From NCBI GenBank assembly GCA_002633005.1, contig NMRA01000669.1:93054-157053 (forward strand): a stretch of 64,000 nucleotides of DNA, given 5' to 3'. The translations under genes were made by a program, and so were the position numbers. Of the stretch, positions 12,830-25,000 are shown piece by piece. The notes beneath the pieces are model-generated. The model was not told the origin of the DNA and searched no databases. It saw only the letters and a program-made list of their open reading frames with translations. Within the stretch, counting starts at the first letter, position 1. The number at the start of each line of letters is the position of its first letter. This stretch comes from Phoronis australis (Eukaryota; Animalia; Phoronida).

Positions 12830-15800
12830 TGGGAATGATACAGACCCTGTCTGGAAGACAATTTTCAGTGTCTAGAACGGGAAACAATTCGTACTCTAAT
12901 AACATAATTTAAGTCTCTAGTTCGGGGTAAATGGAAAAGAATTCGCGGGACTGCTGTCGTTATGAGTATTCTGCTCATCACAAACTCTTTCCACTGACTC
13001 ACCCCAACATGTTTGTTGCCCAATTAGGCATCTGGGCTGAGTTGCATAAAGCTCAGTTCAAAAGTTATCCGCTGGATAAGTTTGATTGTTACATCCATTG
13101 TTCAACAATAACAACGTGACGCTTGATAATGCGACGTCATTGTTGCTATACGATGTATAACTTTTATGCAACTGGGCCCAGATATATCAATATGCTTTTG
13201 GGTTGTCAGTTCCTGCGTACCAATAGCTAACACCGGTAACAGTCTAAAAATCTAATTATAATTAAAGCTTTACCTTGCAGTAGGCTTACCTCGTACAAAT
13301 AAATTATGAAATGAAACAACCCGTCACCAAATACCTAACCCGCAGCATATACTGTTCATGGGTGAAGCTACCAAGAAAGTAAATACGATGTAGACAAAAA
13401 CTACAATAGTAGTTAAATGCTAGTTTTTAGTGGTAAGTTTAATGAATATTCCACCATTTTTCCGAATCATTATAAAATAAATACACAGGGAATGGCATTT
13501 GGAAGTTAAATTTTAGGAAAACGAATAAGCTTCGGATAATAACTCTCTTACAGTTCCATCCATATCAAAGCACTGGGATAGAATCAAGCTCATCTCTTTG
13601 AAACTGATCTATTTTGTCCGATACTGCCGTTGTTTCGAAACGTGTACGCGCCAAGCTACTAACAAGAACTGCCGCACAATGAACACCAAATGGCACGATG
13701 ACGTAGTAACACGTGTCTATGAAACTAAATTTTGTCTCAGATTTAACTTTGATTTACAGATATAGAATTGATCACACTATTTTATGTAAAATGTGCAAAG
13801 ACAGTTTCAGTCAATTTTCAACTTATTTCGAGTTACGGGCGCAAACTAAAAACATTTCTTTGAATTATTATATTATCAGAGAATGAACCACGGTAACCAA
13901 AATTACAGTTGCAATTCGCCCTGTTTACCTGGTTTAAGAAGTCGACAGCCTAAAACGTCTGGAAGAACCGATCGCTAAAATATTAAACTCGCTTCATGAA
14001 TGGAAAGGATAGGGCAATAACGCGCCCGATGACCACGAAGACCTGGGCGAGTTTGCTTACTACGTCTGGCATCGACGTGGTACTAATAGCGCACATCATG
14101 TGTCCTTTTTCAAACATCAAAGATCTGATCATGCTCTTGTAAGTTCTGAAGGGAGTTTATATTTTTGAAAATCTTTTAAAAGGCGTCTGTATCAAAGCAG
14201 CAGTTTTTCATTTTTAAGGGGGGATGGGACAATAGCACTAGTAAAAATATGTGGGGTCAAAGCAAATCCAAATGGAACATTTCTTAGGGCGTGTTTTTCC
14301 GTCACCAGCCGTCATTAAAGGTGATAGACGAAATATCTCTTACTGCACTACGTGATCCAAGTTCTTCAAAGGCAATGCTAACCATGTGGAGATTTAAATA
14401 TTATTCTCCTCGCGATTAAAATTCTGCGCCATATTAGCCAATACTCACCTCTCAACTTCAAATGAAAGCTCTTTAACTGCTTATCTCTAAACGTGATTGG
14501 GTTGTTTTGACACGGCGAGCTCTTGATTGATGTGCTGTATCAATAGCTATAGTGTTTACCTACAACAAGGAGGGTTTTTACACAGCTAGAAAACAAAAGT
14601 GAAACTGCAGCAAAATGTGAGTGATCACTGTTGAAAACTGACTCAGTGTCAGAAAGCAATGATTTGGTGTCGTACACACCAGATAATTAGATCTTCAAAT
14701 CATTAACCATTTCTGCTACAAATACTATTATATTTTTTATACTTTAGCAAACAGATAATCACTCCAGNGTAAGTTCTTACAAACGTCACACGTCCGGGTC
14801 TCCTTCGCACAATACCCATTTCTGGAAACTATGTTATAACTAACGTTCTCCTCTCTGAAATATTAACGGGACGTCGGTTTTACGGACATTAAGCGTTGGG
14901 GATTATTTTTGTATGGGTTAGATTGCTTTGTATTAGTTTTGTCTGGGACGAATTCAGTTAATTTTGTGTTATTATTACAAATAGCAAGTAGCAGCCATTC
15001 TCTGCCAAACGGTCACTGAAATCAAGGCCAGTGTCTTCGCCATTTACGGGTAAGTGCGCTCACATTACTTAACTGTTTAACGCGCGGAATTTGACAGGTC
15101 GGCTGGGTATTCGAATTCTATTGCGAAGATACTGTAGTGCCGGTGCTGGATTCCACACTATTGGCGATATCTGTAACGTTAGTTTTCTCACCGAGAATGT
15201 CCCTTTAAATCATTGATGTGATAAGGAATTTGTAAAGTTGTCAAATGCGTGCATTGGGTAACTTTCTACCACTGTTTGAAGCCTAGAGCCAAATATTGAA
15301 AACATCCGATATCACGAAACGGCTTGATGGTTGGCTTGTTTCATGGAGTAGGCCCTCAGGTTAACTTTGCATTGTTAATGCACATGGAAACCAAACCATA
15401 AACAAACATTCAACTCATTTAACAATTTCCTCCTGCGGGTCCAAAAATCCATTGAGTAAAAACCTTTAGCTGGCAGCTGAGTCAATAAAAAATTGTTCAT
15501 AAATATATTCAAATCCTGGAAATACCCATAGTACATGAATACCCATCGTAATATCGAGCAGTGGAAATACCATAGTGCACAATCAGCTGTAATCTAACCT
15601 GTTGACCTTGTAACCTGGATCAGCATAAAATATGGGGGATTTCCAACCGCAGTGTGACTTGTATATGATTCCATAACGTCATGTTCTAGATATCGGGATT
15701 TCCGAAAGAGACCTCATGGGCCTTCGAAAAAGGGGTTTGAAAACACCCTACGGTGACTGTTTGGGGATTGAGTTGCATGCCAGGCAGGGAGTACTTTAAA

Positions 15801-15896
15801 TATATGGACGTGAGGACATGTTAATTGTGTTGCAGTTTGTCCCGTCGGCACGCCATCTTTTGGCCACATAATGTTTGAAAAAGACCTCAACGTTGA

Positions 15897-16170
15897 TCAA
15901 GTTTGAGCCTAATACTGGAATTAAAACTTACAAAAATTAGCGACGTTGTGTCGGCATCTCACGGACTTCAGCTTGGCTTGTGACGTTATTGTTATTCTGG
16001 CCAATTGATAGCGTTTTGGCTAAACGGCGCGGCATTGACGTCAGTACACCANACGCCACCAATTGGCCAGAATAACGATAACGTCACAAGCCAAGCTGAA
16101 CTTCGTGAGATGCGGGGCGCAACGCGCTAATTTTTGTAAGTTTTAATTCCACTATTAGACTCAAAATTGA
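15897..16170. repeat. Long imperfect palindrome (foldback element), arms ~115 bp
   Basis: tcaagtttgagcctaatactggaattaaaacttacaaaaattagcg...ctggccaattg pairs with caattggccag...cgctaatttttgtaagttttaattccactattagactcaaaattga. Confidence 0.9.
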
Positions 16171-17474
16171 CCTGTTTTCTCAACCGGATGTCTCAAAATT
16201 GTCATGCTTTCATTTCGACTGTGAACATTATTCCTTATGACTGAACTGAGATATCGCTAAGCTTTTCTTCTAATTGCTAAACTGCTGAAGAATTGAATCC
16301 CAACTGGCATTAATAGGGATCCTCAAATGCTAAAACATACGTAAAATAACGTGTTATTTGTGTTTCGTGGTAACTGCATATAGGCTACTTCACGTTTCAG
16401 CCAACGTGCCTGTACATTTTAAATCATTTTGTTTCTCCGATAACAAAGCATTAGCTTACTAGCAGGATATTAACTGCCGTACTTCGAATACACCTAAAAT
16501 AACAAATGCGCTGTAGGAATGGTTTCAAGACTCGTCATCCATCAAAGAGATGCTGTCGACAATACAAGTTTTCAAAAGAGCCTCGCCACTTTTTCTGTTA
16601 AAGACTCCCAGGTGGCTTTTTGGACATAAACTCGAGTCGTGAATTGAAAATGACAGAGGCTCTTCCGGTAATTCATCAGTGTCTTCAATCGACTGAAGTT
16701 TGGTTAAATGAATGATCGAGGAAGCGCATAGCCTCGGTAAAAAGAACATAAGTAAGTGGATCAAAAATAAACCGACTCGCGCTATAAAATAGATAGAATC
16801 GTTCATTGGCCGCTAATAGTATCATTGTAGAAGCTGTATTGCCTTCTCACCCCCGACAACTTTACATAAAAATGAATTTTACTTTTCTCCTGAACTCTGG
16901 GAAAATTGGCTTCAACTACAAACAGAATTTGGGAGAGAGGCACAAAATAAATTGAAGGAAACCCACTTTGTAAGAGGTGGGGTGATGGTACGAGGGTGTT
17001 TCACAACACGCTAATAGGGGAAAGGAAGGCGAAACAGGTTATTTTTCACGAGAGTGTGTTACACTGTCTGGTGGTTTTGCAACACCATGATCAGGAAATC
17101 TGTGGCTGTACACTGTTTGGGGATTGATGACTAATGTGCCCTATGCTTCGTTTTCGCTGGAAAAAGTCTCCCCTCGCTCAAATAATCAAGCCGAGCACTC
17201 GCTTCCCCACTCATCAGTCATGAGCGCCAGTGCCAGTTAGATTGATGGGGAAAACGCCTAAGTTTTCGTTTAGTATTGGTCCAGACTCTGGTCTTACTTA
17301 CCAGGTAAATCAACACTGAAGAGTTGGCTATACATGCTCAATGTGGGTCAAGGGAGAGGAGTGGAAAAGAGTGGCTGAACTTAGAAATCTGATCCCACTG
17401 GTAATATGATGAAAGGTGGACTCTGGAGATGATGCTCCAAGAAACGGGAAACTCGCCCTCCCTAAATCAAAACC

Positions 17475-17784
17475 CAGTGGCGGATTTAGGGGGATGGGGG
17501 GGGGTGTAAAGGGGCCATGGCACCCCTAATATTCTATCAGATACCATTTGACAGTTCGGGTGTGAATTGCTGACTAGCACATGTGCGCATCCAGGGGGGC
17601 TCGAGCCGGCGAATAAACAATGCACAGACCTTGAGCACATCCCTTTTTCTTTAGTAATAAGGTCCGAAAATCCAAAAATTCGAGACCCCTGCATGCCTAC
17701 ATTTTAGGCTGGGCGCGTGCATGTGCCGAAATTCTGGTTATTCCTGTGCCCTGCCCCCGACTCAAAATCATGGATCCGCCCCTG
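17475..17784 (+). mobile_element. Family A MITE-like element (CAGTGGCGGAT...ATCCGCCCCTG) containing a nested family B element (~17580-17723)
   Basis: TIRs at both ends; flanks aaacc/agacc; internal catgtgcgcatccag...ctgggcgcgtgcatg segment is absent from the 26412 copy. Confidence 0.8.
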
Positions 17785-18268
17785 AGACCCCTTGACCAGT
17801 CATACCTCAAAGAATTACCGGTGCATCACTCAGCAAGGTACTACACCCTCAGTGTTTTGATGGTTTCAACCAATCCTCAGTCTGACATATGCTTATGCGT
17901 CATTGGTGTCCCACATGTGATAGAACCAGGATTTATTTTGATTCTTGGTAAGTAACCTTTCCCTACAGTTGTCCTGTAACACGCCTGAAGCTTAGGTCAC
18001 TCGTGCCCCTTCAGTCGCAGAAATTTTAGGGAATCTTTAACAAGTTTACTCCATACTACTGAGGTTTCATTGTCCAAGGGTAGATTGGAAAGATTTGCAA
18101 TGCTTGTTAACAGGACAAAACCGGGTTTGGTATCCCACTACATCAGATTAGCGGCATCATTTCCCCCAGCACGTTCATACAGTTTCCACGCACTGGTGCC
18201 AACTGGTCAAGGGACCATGTCGTTTTCTTGAGTACAGATAACAATTCAAACAATTAAAATATAAAATA

Positions 18269-18274
18269 TTTATT
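18269..18274 (-). promoter_or_regulatory. Candidate polyadenylation signal (AATAAA) of the SLC6 gene
   Basis: AATAAA on the minus strand ~600 nt after the stop, followed by a U/GU-rich stretch; another AATAAA lies at 18780-18785. Confidence 0.45.
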
Positions 18275-18870
18275 TCCAAACATTAATCTCGTAGACTGAC
18301 ATGTCACAAAAAGTTTAAAATTGCAACCTCACAAAATTAACATTATACATACATGTAGAGATTTAGTAAAATTCCTAGAATGTTTTTACAGAAAGATGAT
18401 TTCAGTTTGGAACAGGCAAAAAGCATAGCGATTAAAGCCCATACGGGCTCGAGGCGTAAAACCTGAAGAGTACCTATGAAAAAACAATCGGTTTGTAAAC
18501 AAATGACTTAGTTACCTTGTTATCTAGCTTTAAAACCAAGAAGATTAATGCAAACAACATATGCTCTCACGTTATGGAAAGTTTTACAACTGGTACTTAG
18601 GATCGAGGAAAATATTATACTTAAGACAACATCACTAAAATGGGCTTCAGTTTAAAGGAATGCTTCATAACACAAAATAAAATACCAATCTCAATAAAAC
18701 ATTAATGTTTACATAGAAATTTTTATCTCGTAATGATACCTAATCCCAGAAGAAAAACATATATCAACACCGCAGATGGTTTATTACCTACAATTCTACA
18801 TCCGCCAATCTTTGTCTCTTCGCTACTCAACTGGCAAATTGGTCCCAAATGGGATCACGGTGCACTAGGC

Positions 18871-19089
18871 TCACAACATTCCTGAGTTAGTTGACCCATT
18901 TTCCCCCGTTGCGCTGTAAGCAAGATTGCTTTCTCCGCCCAGTCTCACGTCATCACTTGACACGGTGTACAACGTCGGACTACTGGCTTCCATTTCTTTT
19001 TCCAACCTCTTCTTCTCTTCAAGTCTCCGTCTATTTTTTTCAATGGCCGGTAACCATTTCTCCGTCGGTTTGCAGAGTCGAATGAATCG
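18871..19089 (-). CDS. SLC6 terminal coding exon ([14 protein letters not shown]...TNSGML*)
   Basis: atttag acceptor, phase 0, 72 codons then TGA; LxxP..W.P pattern typical of SLC6 C-termini. Confidence 0.88.
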   Translation of the reverse strand, partial: RFIRLCKPTEKWLPAIEKNRRRLEEKKRLEKEMEASSPTLYTVSSDDVRLGGESNLAYSATGENGSTNSGML

Positions 19090-22000
19090 CTAAATATAGA
19101 AAGTCGTAAAGAGCGATAAGTTACAGGTGTACAGGGCCAAATTCTTCAATATAAGAACGGGCGTGTGCATGTGACGTGTGTGTCTGGGTGTGCGTGTGTA
19201 TGTTTGTGGGTATTACGTTTATGCTTGCAAATATAATGACTTACGTGAATAACTTTCTAATCCTAATTTGCATTTCAAAATCCCGAGTTTCTAGTATACA
19301 TGTACGGGCTGTCAATTGCACTGAATAATAACCACTTACATTGAGTTTGCACAACAGTAGAGAAGGAAATGTAAGAACAAGTTCAAGTTTGATTTCAAAT
19401 ACAAACGTTAGACTCCTCGCCACAGAACAGACGTTGTATGATGGGTGTCGATGTCTTCTTAAACATCGAAGTAGAACACACACTAAGTTATTTTTTTCGA
19501 TTCCACTAGTCTTTCTACAATGGGCAAAATAACCTGGTGTGTTTTAACTCTAAAACTTAGTCTACACAGTGTTGTGGCTTGGGCACACGATGGATTGTAC
19601 AGGTCATCCTCCTTAGTCAACAGTGAAAAACACCACAATGCAAGATTAAAAATGGTCGAAACAGATGGCCGTTCTGTAGACGCAATAGACTCGCGGAAAC
19701 TCAATGTCACGTAAGACTTAACGAGACATCGCCATACATTACAACACGATTACATTAGCTTTACTTGAACGCTTCTTGCGTCCGGGGAGTTGTAGCCTGA
19801 TTTTGTTTTCAACTACCGACACGAGCGTGCGCCCTTACCCTTCCAAGGGACTCCCCCTCTCTCGCTGAGCGAACGTAGTTGAACACGGCAAAGATAGGTA
19901 TGACGACAACAGAGCTGAGCGCCATCAGCCAGCCTATGGCATTAGCCCAGTCGGGGAAGACGTAACTACCGTAGGTAAGACCAGTAAACTCGATAAAGTT
20001 GGCGATCAAAATTGCCTAAAATACACAACGATATAAGTTAATCTTATGTAGTTCCTTGACGATCAGTGTATGTATTCAGCCAATTATCTACATAAATAGC
20101 GAGTTGAACTCAGCAAAACTACATATATCCTGAAGTTAAGAAGTTTAGTAAAAACATTGTGGACTTTTGAGTTCTGACTTTATTCCAATCCGCCATTAAC
20201 CATGACTTTAAATAAATTAAAAATTTAACCAAAAAGATTGATGCATTCAAAGCGAAAAAACGGCATCAACAGCACAAGTTTCGTGTCAAAGCCAAGTCTG
20301 AAAACATTGTTACAGAATTCTAAACTGTTTCGTTTTCGCTTCATGCTACTTACCTTATAGATTTTTCATAGTCATCAGAATCTAAAATAATTTCTACAGA
20401 GTTTTGGAGAACGGTGCGTAGGGAATTCGAACAGTATCTCAAAATTTCATAAGAATCTGACCAGAAATTTCTGAGAAATGAGGTGTCAAAGTTTGTCGAA
20501 TTTGGACATTTTTCTAGGCCCCTACATAACCTTAATGGAACTTTGATACAGCAGACGTGTATGGACAAGGTACATAATTATCCATTGTTGGCAATATTCT
20601 ATATCAAAAATATGTACTTGTACAAACTAGATCACATCGGCTTCATGGCTTTCATAACATCCAATCGTGTGATTTCGTTACTGAATACGTATAACTTTTT
20701 TATCAGTTTCTCCATCGCATATTCCACAGCTTATTTCTTCAACGTAGTAGACTTGCGTGCTTGGACCGAGGGACGTCACGTGACATTGTTGTACTTACCA
20801 ACAGCAAAACGGGCGAGATGAACTTCCACACGACCCACCAATACTTGCTCTGAGGAGATTTCAGCATGTGCTCAAGATTCTTCAAGATATTGTCAGCACC
20901 TGCGCAAGGAAATGAAGTCATGAGCACTGGAAAAGTTAATGTTAAAAGAGCAACCAATAATCCTGTGCAAAATCGTGCTTTAGAATGCTTGCATGCTTTC
21001 TAATACATGTAAGTGGTTAATTTATTTCACAAACATAAACCTTAGATAGCGCCATTGCCCACTGAATCAAGAGGTTGCAACCCAAAAAATCATGGAATGC
21101 GATTTGTATGGCTTGGAATTAAAAAGTAAGTTGTTCAACATATGAGTCAATTTATATAAAGGAATTTTGAATTGGCAAAGTTTATTGATTACAATGACAG
21201 TTGAAACTACGGCTAGGTATCGAGACTGCATGGTCATGTTTCATGTAATGGTTAGCCTCACCTCGTATTACCTCTGTCTGAAGATGAGACATGACCAGTC
21301 TCGAACTGTAGCCACTATCACAACACTAGCCGAACAAAAAGTAGCAATAATGTGATTTGGCATGGATAATCACTCTCAGACGTATGGAGTCGATAGTTTA
21401 AATGTAAATGAAGTCACGAATGGCACCACTTAACTTAACTTGAAGTAAGTGGTTCTTTGGTGAAAAGTTTCTATAATTCCTCAGTTGGATATTTTCAGTC
21501 TTTGGCATTAACTCAATGATACTGTCACGTAGACTTAAAAGAATGGCTACATGTACTTCCAATCAATGTTTACTATCCTCACCGTAGACCCACGGGAAGA
21601 CAATTCCTTCGGCAAGACCAATGAGTACGAGCGACCAGCCGCTGCTGTAGTAACTCATCAGTTCCTCCCAAAAGATGCCGCCCTGAGCGCACATGGTCAG
21701 CCCCAGCAAATACATGAAGATGCAGAGGCCGGCGGCAACCCAAGTCTTCTTCGGGCGCAGCTTTGGTATCATGTCAACGATCGCCGTTTGAATATTCTCA
21801 AGACCCGCAAACTGCAATTGGAAATATGATTAAACGGCTTGCCCGTCCTGATGCGCAAAGCTCAATATTGGGACAGTTCCTGATAAGAAGGTGGATTGTT
21901 TTGACAATTCCTCACACCCCAACGGGGAATACGTCATTAATATTCCGATACCACTTCTTTTCAGATGTATTTTTGGCTCCCGCACTGTTTCAAAACCATT

Positions 22001-25000
22001 AAAAATAGTTCACTTCCGACTTAACAGATTTCTTGATCCCATCACTGTCTGCTTTTTCGTCTGGAACACTTACATGCAATATTGTCACACAGTTTCACTG
22101 CACTTCTGGAATAGCGTAGGCTGCTGCTAATAAATGAACATATACATTTAGATGCAAAGCAGTTTGTCAGAACCAATACGTGGCTGCATATAGTGTAGCG
22201 AGAAATTTTATCCCATACGTGTTGAATCAGTCAAGTGCATGTAATATTGTTTTCCGTATTCACCTCCAGCACTACATTAACAGTGCTCTCTGACATGGCA
22301 ATTTCAAAAGGTAGGTTAATGTCGACATGACGTCGTTAGCCGGTTCGATCATCAAACTTCGTTCCCGTAATAGTTTACAATTGCAGCAGTATAAATAACA
22401 GTCAACATGCAATCAGGTCCCAAACGTAACATCTAGAACAAAACTGTTAATTACATGTATGTCATACTTCTGTCTCAGTTTTCAATTGCTAAATATTACA
22501 GCGTCTGCAAATTAGGCGCCTTTTTCTCGGTAGCTACAATATCAAATATTGTTATTTAACTATTTTTAGGAAATGTTATACATTCAATGCACAATTACCG
22601 TTGTTTTCATCTGTGTTATCTCTTTTCAAGTAATAAATTGTTACATTTCAAACTTTCTTTTACTAGATAAAACTTGTTACCTAACGCGCAAGTTCTTACA
22701 TGCTATAGGATGTGACCCGCCACATGAACAGTCTGGGTGAATTATTTTTAAAAATCTGCCGAAAAATGAAAGAAACTGAGGAATTCGGCCTCAGTCCATA
22801 CGCGAAATAATGTCTCGTGGGATATCAGTTCATCTACGCCAATCGAGGTACGTTTTGTGTATATATTTTACGCACTAATACAAAATACGCAGTTCTTTCA
22901 TGTAAGGATCCACCAACAACCTCTAATGTGTAACCAACCTTACCTGACTGTCCAAGCCTAGGAGAAGCAGCATCAAAAAGAACAGAATCGCCCATAGAGG
23001 AGACACTGGGAGTCGAGAGACCACCTCCGGGTATGCAACGAAGGCCAGACCAGATCCTGAATGATCAGTGCAAAAACATTATACACACACACAACTCAGA
23101 AACGGTGACAGCAGATTAACGCTTTCATCAGTGGCCTACTGTACATTACAGAACAATTGAATTAAACCCAGTCTTGTATGTTAACTGGGTGTAAGATTCT
23201 GACAATTTCTTGACAAAATAAATAAAAGTAAAGGTTAAAGTTAAAGGCCAAGTATGGTGCCAAAATGACTATTTTTACATCTAAAATACATTTATTGATG
23301 AAAAACATAAAATTACTGTGCCATAGCATACCTCAGTCGTTAATTAAGTAGGCCTTCGACAATACAGTAGCCCCATCACGAACCCCGTTTAGCGCCAAAA
23401 AATCTTGAGACGGCGCTTGCTCTAACCGAAGTCTATAACATCATTGTTACAACGAATTTGGCTTTCACCGTGTCTCCAGAGTATTGGAATCAGAGATGAC
23501 TCGCCATTTATTTTAGTGTAAAATCCGTGGAAAATCAAGGAAACACATTAATTTTTCATTTCATGTCAGTTAATATTAAAAGTAATCAAATTCACTACCT
23601 TTAAAATTTGTATTCAATTATTTAGCACACATTCGAATACGGGCTCGTATGGGAATCCCCGGGAGTGTGACTGGTGCCGTCGAAACAGCCGGAAAAAACA
23701 AAAGGCTTCGTCTGAATTGTTATCAGCCATTTCAGTGTTTATTATAAAGTGTAATGTGTTTGATATAAAAACTTTGATGTTCGTAACTTTCCATCCATGT
23801 CTTTTTGAAGCCGAAGGTGTGAACGCTGCGCGATTCCAATACGGACGGCTGTCGAGTGTGTCCTGTTTGGGTATAGGCAACAGGCCATTTAATTTGGTGC
23901 AAAATACTTGGAAACGTCACAGCATATATCAGCATGATCTTTTCGTACAATGCAATATTCAAATTCATTTAAAATTTTATATTAAAAACTCAATTTTCAA
24001 AATAAGTTGCCTTGAAACGCCGCCATTTTGACTGGGTCAAGCTCAAAAAATTGAAAATTTAATAGCAACACAACATTGTGCGTGTCTGCAATAAATTAAA
24101 ACTGCATTGCATGAAAACATACCCAATCATAAGAATTTGTAATCAATTGAACGTTTTAAATTCAGTATCAGAATTCCGTTAGGGCTACGGGAACGACCCA
24201 AATCAGACAGAATATTCCGGATTCCCTATACTCTGGGCCGGAACAGTGACACGAAACGTCGAAGGGCACACTGCAGATTTTTTGTAGCCAACCAGCTAGC
24301 TGTTTGAAGACTATCGCCAAAATACAGCTAGGTAACACTGTAACTTGAGCTCTGTTAAACCCTAGACTATAGACCCTATCACGAAATTTCATGCAGAGCC
24401 AACGACCGACGGCCGGGGTGCATGCAAAATCTGGGAGACAACTCGGACACTCACCTTGCCCGTTCAGTGCGAGTCGTTTAAGGGAAGAATAATCTAATAA
24501 ACGTCATTTTCTAGCATTACTCTCTGCCTTTTGAGTTTTGTAACAAAGAAAGTCTGTTGTCGTTTTGAAAACAGTACGCTCGTGAAACGCGCACGCGCCG
24601 TACTAAAATTTTGCGATTACTTTTGGGACATGATAACAGCTTCGCAGCAATAAAGCTTGTTCTAAATTCGGTTTGCTGGTCTTAAAAATGCTAATAACTT
24701 GTAACAAAATGAGACCAGATCCGACAATTTGTTGTGACAGTACGCAACCTCGTGGCAGCAAAGAACAGTTGATAGAAGAATAAACCGAGGAAAAGAAACT
24801 GTTCAGGTCAGGTGACGTAATCGCCAAACGACCACTCCCAAGAGCGCACTTCAATTTTAGCAGTAGATGAGCGGTAGAATGATAATTCTTCCAACACCGG
24901 TAATAATTTGGTTTACTCAAAGAGCGGTGCAGCTTTTAATGACACTACTTCTGCGACAGATTTTATCTTTTTACCCACATCGACGCGAAGCTGCATCTTT

